This document shows positions 39,560-51,946 of a stretch of DNA of 64,000 bases, piece after piece (the stretch's first letter is position 1; every line of letters starts with the position of its first letter). The DNA comes from an uncultured Cytophagia bacterium (GTDB lineage: Bacteria > Zhuqueibacterota > Zhuqueibacteria > Oceanimicrobiales > Oceanimicrobiaceae). Made by a program: the position numbers and the translations under genes. The stretch spans positions 100,014-164,013 of the forward strand of contig CAZIKB010000001.1 in assembly GCA_964539665.1 (NCBI GenBank), written 5' to 3'. Under the pieces are notes generated by a model. It saw only the letters and a program-made list of their open reading frames with translations. It was not told the DNA's origin and made no database searches.

Positions 39560-40021
39560 TTTTTACCCTTATTAATCCCTATATTTTCAAGTCATTTAGA
39601 GCGCATCAACGTATTAAATATTTGTATAAAAGTCAAGCAATTTCTATTTTCAAACCAAAATGAAAAATATTAATTTAACTTGACATTGAACAACTTTTTA
39701 TTAAATTTTATCCATACCAGCCAGTAAATTTATTACAACTACAACTTGTGGATAACTTTGTAAACATAGCAATTATTAAAGACTTTTTAGAGTGATATGA
39801 TTAGAATAGAATGTATTTATAAAGTTAATTTATACTATTGTTACGTTTATTATATTTATTAATAATGGACTTACTGCTTTTTTTTTTGTGAATAGAATGT
39901 GGATAACTTTTTTTGCTTGTTAAACGGTGTAGATTGGAGGAAGCTGGATACACCGACCTCATTCTTGTTTTTAATAAATCATAAATAATCATTGTTTAAT
40001 TTTTAATGAGGGACGGGTATA
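39560..40021. other. oriC: oriC part 1: DnaA-box cluster upstream of dnaA
   Basis: Perfect TGTGGATAA at 39747-39755 and 39898-39906, and one-mismatch TTATCCATA at 39708-39716. AT-rich divergent spacer between rpmH and dnaA. Confidence 0.75.
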
Positions 40022-41371
40022 ATGTCATTAGATAGTACAAATGCATGGAATAAATGTTTAACCATAATCCAGGATAATATAAATCCACAGAGTTTTACTA
40101 CCTGGTTTAAACCAATAACTCCTGTTAAACTAGAAAATCAGAGTCTTACGGTTGAAGTACCCAGTCAATTTTTTTATGAATGGCTGGAAAGTCATTATAG
40201 CTCTCTTATTAATCAAGCATTATTACAGGTTTTTGGTGACAAATCCAAATTGATTTACTCTGTAGTCGTGAATGGAAACAATGAAATAAAAAATCTTCCA
40301 TCACTTGATAAAAACAACCCTGTAAACAGGCCCTACAAAAATAGTAATCTTAACGCTCGCTACCATTTTGAAAATTTTGTTGAGGGTCACAACAATCAAT
40401 TTGCCCGGGCGGCCGCTAGTGCAGTTGCTGAAGCACCAGGCAAAACTACCTTTAATCCAATTGTAATATACGGCGGTGTTGGTCTTGGTAAAACTCATTT
40501 GATCCAGGCCATCGGAAATTTCGCTTTAAGCCAGGGAAAGGCTAATAACATTTTATACGTTGATAGTGAAAAATTTACCATTGAATTTATAAACTCGATC
40601 CAAAACCACAAAACTACTGAATTCAGTTCTATATACCGAAATGTGGATATCCTGTTAGTTGATGATATTCAGTTCTTTATTAATAAAGAAAGAACACAAG
40701 AAGAGTTTTTTCATACTTTTAATGCGTTGTATAATTCCGGCAAGCAAATTGTTCTCTCCTCTGACAGACCTCCAAAAGATTTGGATGGTGTAGAAGAAAG
40801 ATTAATATCCAGATTTCAATGGGGATTAGTAGCAGACATTCAGCCTCCTGAACTTGAAACAAGAATTGCTATCCTTCAACAAAAAGCTTTAGAAAATGAA
40901 ATTAACCTCTCTGGAGAAATTATTGAATTTATTGCCACTAATGTTACCTCTAATATTCGTGAATTAGAAGGTTCACTGATCAGGCTCTTAGCCTATTCTT
41001 CTTTAAATGATATAGATATAACTCTATCATTAGCAAAAGATGTTTTAAAAAATCTAAGTTTAAATAAAAAGAAAAAATTATTAATTGAAGAAATTCAAAG
41101 AATTACCAGTGAACATTTTAATATTCCCGATGATATGCTTCGGGCTAAAACTAGAAAAAAAGAAATAGCTTATGTTCGCCAATTGTCTATGTTTCTTGCA
41201 AAGGAATTTACAAACAATTCCCTAAAAACAATTGGTCTTCATTTTGGTGGACGAGATCACAGTACTGTTATTCATGCTATTCAATGTATAGATAATTCAA
41301 TTAAGGAGGACAATAAAGTTAAAGAAGAAGTTAATGTTTTGAGAAAAAAAATAGAAATGTCAAACATCTGA
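40022..41371 (+). CDS. dnaA: chromosomal replication initiator protein DnaA
   Basis: 449 aa with Walker A GGVGLGKTHL, Walker B ILLVDDIQF and C-terminal DNA-binding HFGGRDHSTVIHA. Confidence 0.97.
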   Translation: MSLDSTNAWNKCLTIIQDNINPQSFTTWFKPITPVKLENQSLTVEVPSQFFYEWLESHYSSLINQALLQVFGDKSKLIYSVVVNGNNEIKNLPSLDKNNPVNRPYKNSNLNARYHFENFVEGHNNQFARAAASAVAEAPGKTTFNPIVIYGGVGLGKTHLIQAIGNFALSQGKANNILYVDSEKFTIEFINSIQNHKTTEFSSIYRNVDILLVDDIQFFINKERTQEEFFHTFNALYNSGKQIVLSSDRPPKDLDGVEERLISRFQWGLVADIQPPELETRIAILQQKALENEINLSGEIIEFIATNVTSNIRELEGSLIRLLAYSSLNDIDITLSLAKDVLKNLSLNKKKKLLIEEIQRITSEHFNIPDDMLRAKTRKKEIAYVRQLSMFLAKEFTNNSLKTIGLHFGGRDHSTVIHAIQCIDNSIKEDNKVKEEVNVLRKKIEMSNI

Positions 41372-41692
41372 ATTCATATTTATCCACAACATTATGTTAA
41401 TAACCCATAAAATTATAAGAATTGAATGTGGATAACTATAAATTATATTCTTTTTTTTGATTTCTTTTTATAAAAAATTAATTTATGAACAAGTAATACA
41501 CTTTTAATCCACATTAATTATCTAAATAACTTTTTCTTCAAATATTTAATATTTATGCAGTTAATTAAGTAAATTTTAATATTTATCAACATATCAACAC
41601 TCTATACTATAACTAATAAAATTATCTTGAATAATATTATATAATTTAGTAAATTAAAAACTGCATATATTTATTTATCATTAGAGGCACTT
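41372..41692. other. oriC: oriC part 2: DnaA boxes plus AT-rich candidate unwinding element between dnaA and dnaN
   Basis: Perfect TTATCCACA at 41380-41388 and TGTGGATAA at 41427-41435. One-mismatch boxes at 41505-41513 and 41583-41591, and tandem TATCAACA at 41584-41599. Duplicated 13-mer TTTAATATTTAT(G/C) at 41545-41557 and 41575-41587. Confidence 0.75.
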
Positions 41693-42811
41693 ATGAAATT
41701 TAAGGTAAATAAAAAGGAATTTTATCAGGCTATTCAAAATATAATTGGGGTGATTCCAATAAAAACCACAATCCCTATTTTGGGTAGCATTTTGTTAGAT
41801 TTGCAGGACAATGAACTAAATCTAACAGGTACAGATTTAGAAGTATCAATATCTACAAAAATCAATGTGCAGGGCGAGGAAAATGGTGCTGTTGCTATTC
41901 CGGCAAAAATTTTATTTGAAATAGTTAGAGAACTACCTGAAATACCCATTGAGATATTTTGTGATGAATTCTACAAAATTGAACTAAACACGGATGCAGG
42001 ATTTTATAAACTATCGGGGGAACATAAAGATGAGTTTCCTAAAATTGCAATAGAAGAAAATCAGGAAAGTTTTCTAATTGATTCTGAGCAGTTTTGTTCT
42101 ATGATAAATAAAACAATATTTGCTGTATCCACGGATGAATTGAGAACAACTTTAACAGGTGTGTATCTTAAAGTATCAGAAAATGAACTAAGGTTGGTAA
42201 CCACAGATGGCCACCGTTTAGTTAAAATAGAGTTTAAAAATTTCAGTTCTCCGGAATTTCAAGGAGAAACAATAATTCCTACGAAGGCCTTAAATTTACT
42301 ATTAAAAAATGCTCAGGACACCAAAAATATAAAAGTGAAATTAACTGAAGATCACATCGTTTTTGAACTTAATAATACAATTGTTTATAGTAAGTGTATT
42401 GAAGGTCAATTTCCAAATTATGAACGAGTCATTCCGCTGGATAATGACAAAAAACTAATAGTTAACAGGGAATTAATCAGCTCTTCGGTACGCAGAACAG
42501 CTATTTTTTCAAATTCAATAACTCACCAAATAAGACTCTCCATTTCAAAGAATGTTGTTAATATTCAATCGGAAGATATAGAATTTGGTGGAGAGGCACA
42601 AGAAAGCATTGAAGTGGATTATTCGGAAGAGGACTTGGAACTCGGTTATAATGCAAATTATTTATTAGACATTCTGCGGCACTTAGATACAGAGGATGTA
42701 ATATTTGAAATTAAAGATCATATTAGTGCCGGCATATTATATCCGAGTGTTCAAAATGAAAATGAACACCTCTTAATGCTTTTAATGCCAATAAGACTAA
42801 ATGAAGAATAG
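41693..42811 (+). CDS. dnaN: DNA polymerase III subunit beta (sliding clamp)
   Basis: 372 aa, three-domain length, C-terminal LLMLLMPIRL, canonical position after dnaA. Confidence 0.95.
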   Translation: MKFKVNKKEFYQAIQNIIGVIPIKTTIPILGSILLDLQDNELNLTGTDLEVSISTKINVQGEENGAVAIPAKILFEIVRELPEIPIEIFCDEFYKIELNTDAGFYKLSGEHKDEFPKIAIEENQESFLIDSEQFCSMINKTIFAVSTDELRTTLTGVYLKVSENELRLVTTDGHRLVKIEFKNFSSPEFQGETIIPTKALNLLLKNAQDTKNIKVKLTEDHIVFELNNTIVYSKCIEGQFPNYERVIPLDNDKKLIVNRELISSSVRRTAIFSNSITHQIRLSISKNVVNIQSEDIEFGGEAQESIEVDYSEEDLELGYNANYLLDILRHLDTEDVIFEIKDHISAGILYPSVQNENEHLLMLLMPIRLNEE

Positions 42812-42814
42812 TGG

Positions 42815-43948
42815 ATGTATCTTGAGAAATTAACTATCGTTAATTTCAGAAACTATGAAAAGGCTGAAATTAAGTTTAATTCTGGTATAAATTTAATATT
42901 GGGATTAAATGCTCAGGGTAAGACAAATTTATTAGAAGCGATTTATCTGCTCTGTTTAGGAAGAAGCTTCAGGCTGGCAAAAAATCAAGAATTGTTGCAA
43001 TCGGAAAGTCAGTTTTTTACGCTTGAAGGGTTTGTAAATTTTGATAATAATATAAATAAAGTAGTGATTATTCACTATATACGAGATGGAAAAAAAGAAA
43101 TAGCTATTGATAGGAAAAGATTAAGAAATAATTCTGAATTATTTGGAAACTTTCCCATTGTTACAATGACACCTGATGATTACAAGATAACAACAGGTGG
43201 ACCCTCAGAACGAAGAAGATTTATTGATATACTATTATCCCAGGTTAGTATTTTTTACCTTAAAGACCTTCAAGAATATAATCGCATTCTAAAACAGCGT
43301 AATAAAATACTTCAAAATAATAGGGACGGTTTCAGGTTAAATGAGGCTGCTATTGAACCATGGACGCAAAAGTTAGTTAAAGTTGGAGGTAAAATAATTA
43401 ATGAAAGGGTTGAATTTTTAAAAGACTTTTTGAAAATATTAAATCCTTTATATAGAGAATTTACAGAGTTAAAGGATATTTTGAATATTTCATTAGATTC
43501 ATCTGTTCCGCTAAATAATAGAAAGTCCCTGGAAGAAAATTTTTATGTGGCACTAAATGAAACAAAAGAGAAAGAACGATTTGTAGGAATGACGTTGTTG
43601 GGACCACATCGTGATGACATATTTTTTGAAATAAATGGCAAAGAGTTGCGCAAATATGGCTCGCGCGGTGAACATAAATCAGTTTTAATTTCACTGAAAT
43701 TAGCAGAATATAAATTTTTGAAAAATAAAAAGGATGAAACGCCTATTTTTTTATTGGATGACTTTCATTCTGAATTAGATGAAATGAGAGAAGAAAAAGT
43801 ATTCAAATTACTTCAGGGAGTCAACCAAATTTTTTTAACCAGCCCGAAACAAAAGGTTTTTAATCATTATAAAAATAATTCCAATTCGGTAAATGAAGTA
43901 TCAAAATTTTATGTCGCGGATGGTAATATTGAATTATACAAAATATAG
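42815..43948 (+). CDS. recF: DNA replication and repair protein RecF
   Basis: Walker A GLNAQGKTNLLEA, signature-like GSRGEHKSVLISLKLAE and Walker B IFLLDDFHSELD. Confidence 0.93.
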   Translation: MYLEKLTIVNFRNYEKAEIKFNSGINLILGLNAQGKTNLLEAIYLLCLGRSFRLAKNQELLQSESQFFTLEGFVNFDNNINKVVIIHYIRDGKKEIAIDRKRLRNNSELFGNFPIVTMTPDDYKITTGGPSERRRFIDILLSQVSIFYLKDLQEYNRILKQRNKILQNNRDGFRLNEAAIEPWTQKLVKVGGKIINERVEFLKDFLKILNPLYREFTELKDILNISLDSSVPLNNRKSLEENFYVALNETKEKERFVGMTLLGPHRDDIFFEINGKELRKYGSRGEHKSVLISLKLAEYKFLKNKKDETPIFLLDDFHSELDEMREEKVFKLLQGVNQIFLTSPKQKVFNHYKNNSNSVNEVSKFYVADGNIELYKI

Positions 43949-44228
43949 AAAGCCAAAGCCGATTGGAGAATCAGTTTCACATTTACTGAAGAATTTAGGC
44001 ATTGACAAAAAAGTTAAACAGCATCAGGCAATTACTTCCTGGCCTGGAATTGTGGGAGAAAAGGTATCAAATGTAACCGAAGTAGAAAAAGTAATTGACG
44101 GCATACTTTTCATTAAGGTTACAGGCAGCACCTGGAGAAATGAGCTCATATACATGAAAAAGGATTTACTCCAAAGAATGAATAATACTTTTGGAGCTAC
44201 AATTATAAAAGACATCAGGTTTAAATAA
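43920..44228 (+). CDS. DUF721 domain protein (DciA/RemB-like)
   Basis: Segments KPIGESVSHLLKNLGI...WPGIVGEKVSNVTEVEKVIDGILFIKVTGSTWRNEL fit the DUF721 pattern. Start is uncertain: in-frame ATGs at 43893, 43911 and 43920 all overlap the recF 3' end. Confidence 0.7.
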   Translation: MVILNYTKYRKPKPIGESVSHLLKNLGIDKKVKQHQAITSWPGIVGEKVSNVTEVEKVIDGILFIKVTGSTWRNELIYMKKDLLQRMNNTFGATIIKDIRFK

Positions 44229-44246
44229 ATTATAGAGGTTTACTAA

Positions 44247-46178
<1,932 letters not shown>

Positions 46179-46199
46179 ACTTGTGGAGCTTTAGAAAGA

Positions 46200-48668
46200 A
46201 TGGAAAACCAGCGCGATAGAATTATTCCAGTTTTTATTGAAGAAGAAATGAGAGATTCATATATCGACTATTCGATGTCGGTTATTGTTTCTCGTGCATT
46301 ACCAGACGTTCGTGATGGCTTAAAGCCGGTTCACAGAAGGGTGCTTTATGGAATGCATGATTTAGGATTACGACCAAATTCTACCTATAAAAAAAGCGCA
46401 CGTATAGTTGGAGAGGTCCTTGGAAAGTATCACCCGCACGGAGATTCGGCGGTCTATGATTCTATGGTCAGGATGGTTCAGGATTTCTCCCTGCGTTATC
46501 CATTAGTAGACGGCCAGGGAAATTTTGGTTCAGTGGATGGGGATTCTCCGGCAGCGATGCGATACACAGAAGTCCGACTAACTAAAATTGCTGAAGAAAT
46601 ATTAAGAGACCTGGATAAAGACACCGTTGATTTTGTGTCAAATTTTGATGAAACCTTAAAAGAGCCAACGGTCATGCCATCTGTTCTGCCTAATTTGCTG
46701 GTGAATGGCGCCTCCGGAATTGCAGTTGGAATGGCTACCAATATGCCGCCACACAATTTAGGCGAGGTCGTGGACGCACTTGTTGCTCTGATTGGCCGGC
46801 CAAATCTGACCATAGATACATTGATGCAGTATATCAAGGGGCCGGATTTTCCAACCAGCGCCATTATCTATGGAGATTTAGGAATAGAAGAAGCATACAG
46901 ATCGGGACGAGGCCGGGTTGTTATTCGGGCACGTGCGAATATAGAAACCGTTAAAGGAGGACGAGAAAATATTATTATCCGCGAGCTTCCTTATCAGGTA
47001 AATAAAGCCAATTTAATTGAAAAGATTGCTGAATTGGTCAGAGCTCGCAAAATAGAGGGGATTACTGAAGCCCGTGATGAATCGGATCGTGATGGTATGC
47101 GAGTGGTCCTGGAATTGAGACGTGATGTAACGGCAGAAGTCATCCTTAATCAACTATACAAACACACACAAATGCAGGTAACATTTGGCGTTATCATGCT
47201 GGCTTTGGTTAACGGAGCTCCAAAGGTATTAAACCTGAAGGAAATTTTAGAACATTTTATAGATTTCCGACACGAAGTAGTTGTCCGCCGTACAAAATTC
47301 GATTTAGACAAAGCAGAGAAGCGGGCACACATTTTAGAAGGATTGAAAATTTGTCTGGATAATATTGACGAAATCGTGAGTATCATAAAAAAGTCAAGAA
47401 ATCCAGAATCTGCTCGCAATGCCCTTATTAAGCGCTTTAAACTTTCCTTAATTCAAGCACAAGCTATTTTAGATATGCGCTTGCAAAGACTAACCGGCCT
47501 TGAAAGAAAAAAGATTGAAGATGAATATTTACAGATAATAAAGCTGATAGAAAAATTAAACTCTTTGTTAGATAGCAAGCCCAAAAGAATGCAGGTAATA
47601 AAAGAAGAGTTAGTAGAAATCAGAGAAAAATATGCGGATGATAGAAGGACGGAAATTATTTCAGAAACAGAGGAATTTAAAATTGAAGACATGATTGCTG
47701 AGGAAGATATGGTCATTACCATATCTCATACCGGATTTATAAAAAGATTTCCGGTTACAAGTTATCGAAGGCAATTACGAGGCGGCCGTGGTTCAACAGG
47801 AGCGGCGACAAAAGAAGAAGATTTTATTGAACATTTGTTTGTTGCCTCAACTCATCATTATATTCTTTTCTTTACAAATAAAGGTCGGTGTTATTGGCTA
47901 AAAGTTCATGAACTCCCCCAGGCAGGACGGGCAACCAAAGGACGCGCAATTGTTAATTTATTACAATTAACTAAAGATGAAAGAATCGCGGCCTTTATTA
48001 GTGTTAAAGAGTTTAAAGATCAATATTTGGTAATGGCAACAAAACGGGGATTGATCAAAAAAACACTCCTGTCTGCTTATGGCCATCCCAGAAAAGGCGG
48101 CATCAATGCTATTTCCATACGACCAGATGATGATTTAATTGATGCTCAGTTATCGGATGGTAGTCATGATATTTTGCTTGCCACTCATAGAGGTTATTCA
48201 ATCAGGTTTCATGAAAGCGAAACCCGCGATATGGGAAGAACCGCATCCGGAGTCAGGGGGATTAAACTAAGTGAAGATGATTTTGTTGTCGGAATGGTTA
48301 TTATTAAAAGAGATTGTACGGTTTTAGTAGTAACTGAAAAAGGATATGGAAAACGTACCGATATTAAAGAATACAGGGTGAGCCATAGAGCAGGAAAAGG
48401 TGTTTTTACCATTAAGGTAAATGATAAAATTGGCAACATGTTGTCTTTAAAAGAAGTTATAGACGACGATGATATTATGATAATCACAAGTAATGGCATA
48501 GTGATGCGACAAAATGTTAAAAAAATAACAATTCAAGGTAGAAACACCCAGGGCTTCCGTTTGATTAAATTGGATGAAGACGATAAGGTGGCAGATATTG
48601 CCAGGGTAATCAAAGAAGATGATGAGAGGGTCGCAGAATTGACCGGGGAAACCGAGGAAGACGAGTGA
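46200..48668 (+). CDS. gyrA: DNA gyrase subunit A
   Basis: 822 aa with [13 protein letters not shown], active-site AAMRYTE and a C-terminal beta-pinwheel repeat region. Confidence 0.97.
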   Translation: MENQRDRIIPVFIEEEMRDSYIDYSMSVIVSRALPDVRDGLKPVHRRVLYGMHDLGLRPNSTYKKSARIVGEVLGKYHPHGDSAVYDSMVRMVQDFSLRYPLVDGQGNFGSVDGDSPAAMRYTEVRLTKIAEEILRDLDKDTVDFVSNFDETLKEPTVMPSVLPNLLVNGASGIAVGMATNMPPHNLGEVVDALVALIGRPNLTIDTLMQYIKGPDFPTSAIIYGDLGIEEAYRSGRGRVVIRARANIETVKGGRENIIIRELPYQVNKANLIEKIAELVRARKIEGITEARDESDRDGMRVVLELRRDVTAEVILNQLYKHTQMQVTFGVIMLALVNGAPKVLNLKEILEHFIDFRHEVVVRRTKFDLDKAEKRAHILEGLKICLDNIDEIVSIIKKSRNPESARNALIKRFKLSLIQAQAILDMRLQRLTGLERKKIEDEYLQIIKLIEKLNSLLDSKPKRMQVIKEELVEIREKYADDRRTEIISETEEFKIEDMIAEEDMVITISHTGFIKRFPVTSYRRQLRGGRGSTGAATKEEDFIEHLFVASTHHYILFFTNKGRCYWLKVHELPQAGRATKGRAIVNLLQLTKDERIAAFISVKEFKDQYLVMATKRGLIKKTLLSAYGHPRKGGINAISIRPDDDLIDAQLSDGSHDILLATHRGYSIRFHESETRDMGRTASGVRGIKLSEDDFVVGMVIIKRDCTVLVVTEKGYGKRTDIKEYRVSHRAGKGVFTIKVNDKIGNMLSLKEVIDDDDIMIITSNGIVMRQNVKKITIQGRNTQGFRLIKLDEDDKVADIARVIKEDDERVAELTGETEEDE

Positions 48669-48748
48669 CAAAAAAGAGTAATAAAAAATACAGGGCTGTC
48701 TTCTTTGATGGCCCTTGTTGTTTTAAATATGAAAGGGGGATTTAGAAA

Positions 48749-50095
48749 ATGGTTAATCTCTGGGAAGAAGAAAAACTGCGCTTAACCAGGATGTTATATG
48801 AAAAGGTAACGCATGGAAAGGAAAAAGTCACTTATAACGATATATTAGCAGTAAAAGTACCAGTGTTTTTTGAAGGTTGCATTAAAAACCAGGCGCGCAG
48901 ATTCATTAATAGCGAGAATCCTATTCGAATTGAAAACCGCAATCGATATAATCTTGACAAAGTAGAAGTAAAGAAACAGTTCTATTTATTAAAAGAATCG
49001 TTAATTAGAGAAACCTATTTTACCAAGGCTGAAATTCAACAGCTTTCAAACTTCTCTGTAAATTTTCAGTTTGATATCCTCGTCCGACCGCTGCAGAAGT
49101 TGATAGAATCTATCTATAAATCCAACGATTCAAGAAAAAAGGATGACATCCGCATCATTATACAAGGCTTTGGTGAGAACCGGCCGTTTATTAAAAAACT
49201 GATAGACGCGATTGAGAATTTAGAATCAGAAAGTATCAGTAGAGAAGAGTTTACCGCATTTGCCAGGGCAGTTGAACAACGAGTATATAAAAAGATCCCC
49301 ATTTCAGCCTTTCTCGAAGAAATTAGTGCGCTCATGGAATTTGAAACCACCATTTCCGGTGAAGAAAAAACAACAATCCACTCTAAGGTGTTATCGGGAA
49401 TGCTTAAAGAACGCGGATTGCATGACATGGTTGAGGCGTTTAACGATGAAGCCGTAAAAAGAGAATATTGGCCTATTGATGAAGTTGAAAATGTGTTAGA
49501 AAGATTTTTATTAGTAGGACCTTTGGATTCTTATCAGCCGCCACCAAAAGAAAAGGATCCCCTTGGCGCCACCCTGCAACCCACATTTCAACTGGAGTCT
49601 GTGGAGAAAGATAATACAAAAGTGGAAACCAAAAGCAAAGCAGAGACAATTTCCCCAAAAGATACTACATCATTAAGGCTTCAATTTGAGGACACCGACA
49701 AAGCTCAAAGGTCAAAATCCAAATCATCTCAATTTGACTCTGTTTCCGTTTCACGGTTAACGGGTAAATCACGCAGTTCAAAAAACACGGACACTTTTCC
49801 TGTTGAACGCCACGATATCGAAAATCAACCCCCCGGCCCTTATCCTGAATTAACAAACATGATTAACCCGAAAGATCAGAAAACGTTCATAAAAAAAATA
49901 TTTAATAAAGACAGGTTACAATACATCGAGTTCATTGAACATCTTGAAAAGCAGGATAACTGGAAAGCAGCAAAAGTTATTATTGACGAAGAGCTTAGAA
50001 ATCGCCAAATTAATCATTTTTCAAAAGAAGCCGTACTTTTGGGCGATATAGTATTTTCTCGATATTTCATTAATAAAAATAAATATGCAGGCTAA
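48749..50095 (+). CDS. hypothetical protein
   Basis: 448-aa ORF co-oriented with gyrA. N-terminal helical region, a central S/K/T/P-rich disordered segment and a conserved-looking C-terminal domain of about 80 aa. No motif I recognise. Confidence 0.5.
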   Translation: MVNLWEEEKLRLTRMLYEKVTHGKEKVTYNDILAVKVPVFFEGCIKNQARRFINSENPIRIENRNRYNLDKVEVKKQFYLLKESLIRETYFTKAEIQQLSNFSVNFQFDILVRPLQKLIESIYKSNDSRKKDDIRIIIQGFGENRPFIKKLIDAIENLESESISREEFTAFARAVEQRVYKKIPISAFLEEISALMEFETTISGEEKTTIHSKVLSGMLKERGLHDMVEAFNDEAVKREYWPIDEVENVLERFLLVGPLDSYQPPPKEKDPLGATLQPTFQLESVEKDNTKVETKSKAETISPKDTTSLRLQFEDTDKAQRSKSKSSQFDSVSVSRLTGKSRSSKNTDTFPVERHDIENQPPGPYPELTNMINPKDQKTFIKKIFNKDRLQYIEFIEHLEKQDNWKAAKVIIDEELRNRQINHFSKEAVLLGDIVFSRYFINKNKYAG

Positions 50096-50102
50096 GAATT
50101 AA

Positions 50103-50696
50103 TTGCACGGGCCGAATCGCGAAAACCAATCATCAAACAGGCTGCAGCTTTATATTTTGTCCAGTTTGTTTGCTGCTTTAACAGCCGCAGGCGCTTTTAT
50201 CAAAATTCCGTTGCCTTATGTTCCGATTACACTTCAGACTTTCTTTGTAATTCTGTCCGGTACTGTTTTAGGGGCTAAATTTGGCGCCTTGAGTCAATTG
50301 ATATATATATCAGCTGGACTTTTAGGTGCTCCCATATTTGCGTATGGCGGCGGTCTCGGATACATATTCCATCCAACCTTTGGTTATTTATTAGGTTGTC
50401 CCGTTGGCGCTTACATTATCGGTTTTTTAGTAAAAAACAGAGGTAAAGCAAACAGTCCAAATTACCCGGGCTTTATTCAGCTTTGCATTTCAAGTTTTTG
50501 GGGCGTGTTATTTATCCTGGTGCTTGGCGCTTTAGTTCTATACTTGAATTTTAAGTATATAATTAATGAACCCATTTCTCTAAACACTTTGTTGGTTAGT
50601 TACTTTTTAGTTTTTATCCCAGGTGACATTGTAAAGATTGTCCTCGGCGCTTTTACCTCTTTAAAACTTTTTCGGGTAGTTTATGTTTACAGATAA
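50103..50696 (+). CDS. bioY: biotin transporter BioY
   Basis: Polytopic with the BioY-like core IPLPYVPITLQTFFVILSGTVLGAKFG. No ATG precedes the conserved core, so the TTG start at 50103 is plausible. Confidence 0.8.
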   Translation: MHGPNRENQSSNRLQLYILSSLFAALTAAGAFIKIPLPYVPITLQTFFVILSGTVLGAKFGALSQLIYISAGLLGAPIFAYGGGLGYIFHPTFGYLLGCPVGAYIIGFLVKNRGKANSPNYPGFIQLCISSFWGVLFILVLGALVLYLNFKYIINEPISLNTLLVSYFLVFIPGDIVKIVLGAFTSLKLFRVVYVYR

Positions 50697-50732
50697 CGAA
50701 TAGCGCTAAAAATTAAGTACTTATTTCAGGTC

Positions 50733-51749
50733 ATGCCAGATAAAAATAAAACAGGTATAAGTTATTTTGGAAATAGAAATCCACGTCATTTTATCAGTGA
50801 TCTTGAGGAGATTTTAAGCCACAACTGTTCTTTTATTGTGCATACTTTCTCAGAAAATGATCAGGAGTATTACAAAGAAACGATGCGGGAGCTCCTTGCG
50901 CTTTCGAAAGATGCTGGCCTGGAGTGTTATTTAGATCCCTGGGGTGTCGGCGGTGTTTTTGGCGGTGAAGCTTACAGTAACTTTGTTTTAAAAAATAAAG
51001 ACATGTGTCAGGTTTTACCGGACGGCCAGCCTGCGCCGGCAGCGTGTTTAAACCACCCTAAATTTCGGGAATTTATGCAACAATGGATAACTGATTCTGC
51101 TGACATCGGAGCAGAAGTATTATTTTGGGATGAACTGCACTTTTATATAAATTTTAATGAATTGAATAAATACCCTTTATGGTATTGTCGCTGTGATGTA
51201 TGTTCTGAAAAATTTAAGTTGTGGTCTAAAAGGGCCATATCAGATGCTGCGACTGAGGAAATAATTCGTTTTCGGGAAGACTCTATTGTAGAGTTTCTTG
51301 GTGAACTCTGCGAAGCAACCCATTCTAAAGGGATGAAAAACGCTGTCTGTCTGCTACCTTTTAAAGATGCGGCTATCGGCCTGTCTGATTGGACAAAAGT
51401 GGCTTCTCTCGCGGGTGTCGATATCTTCGGTACCGATCCATATTGGATTTTTTTCAAAAAAGATCTTCACAATTATGTTGGCGACTATTCCAAGGAAGTT
51501 CAAAGTCTTTGCCAAAAATACCACAAGGAAGCACAAATCTGGCTCCAGGCTTATAAAATACCGGCTGGCCGGGAAGAAGAATTAAAAGAAGCCATCGCTG
51601 TCGCTTACTCCGAGGGAGTGCGCAATTTTGCTGCCAGGAGTTATTATGGTACAGCGTACATGTCTTACATCCGCAGTGATAATCCTCAGAAAGTGTGGGA
51701 CATTCTGGGTGAGGTATATGGCGAGCTTCAGCGGGGTGAATGGGATTAA
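50733..51749 (+). CDS. hypothetical protein (possibly TIM-barrel hydrolase-like)
   Basis: 338-aa soluble ORF with alternating beta/alpha character and an FWDELHF segment. The fold guess is weak. Confidence 0.45.
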   Translation: MPDKNKTGISYFGNRNPRHFISDLEEILSHNCSFIVHTFSENDQEYYKETMRELLALSKDAGLECYLDPWGVGGVFGGEAYSNFVLKNKDMCQVLPDGQPAPAACLNHPKFREFMQQWITDSADIGAEVLFWDELHFYINFNELNKYPLWYCRCDVCSEKFKLWSKRAISDAATEEIIRFREDSIVEFLGELCEATHSKGMKNAVCLLPFKDAAIGLSDWTKVASLAGVDIFGTDPYWIFFKKDLHNYVGDYSKEVQSLCQKYHKEAQIWLQAYKIPAGREEELKEAIAVAYSEGVRNFAARSYYGTAYMSYIRSDNPQKVWDILGEVYGELQRGEWD

Positions 51750-51820
51750 TTACTAAAACATGAGTTAATTTAGGATACCTGAAAAAGTCCTTGTCAAAAA
51801 CCTCTAAAAAAGCAGCAGTT

Positions 51821-51840
51821 ATCAGTGTTTATCGGCGTCC
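51821..51840 (+). repeat. short GC-rich intergenic mini-repeat, copy A
   Basis: ATCAGTGTTTATCGGCGTCC. Matches the reverse complement of 54955-54974 at 16 of 20 positions. Confidence 0.45.
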
Positions 51841-51946
51841 AGGTTGAATATTTAACAGTCGAAAATTGTATTAGTCCTTTGATTTTAAAGTCTCAAATTA
51901 GTTTTAAGTCTCCTCTAATTACTCTAAGGCAACGAGCTTGCTTATA

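Noticed and set aside
46925-46940. CACGTG-centred sequence inside gyrA (TCGGGCACGTGCGAAT) as a possible third parS
   Set aside because: Only the CACGTG core matches. The flanking half-sites differ from TGTTT/AAACA at most positions.
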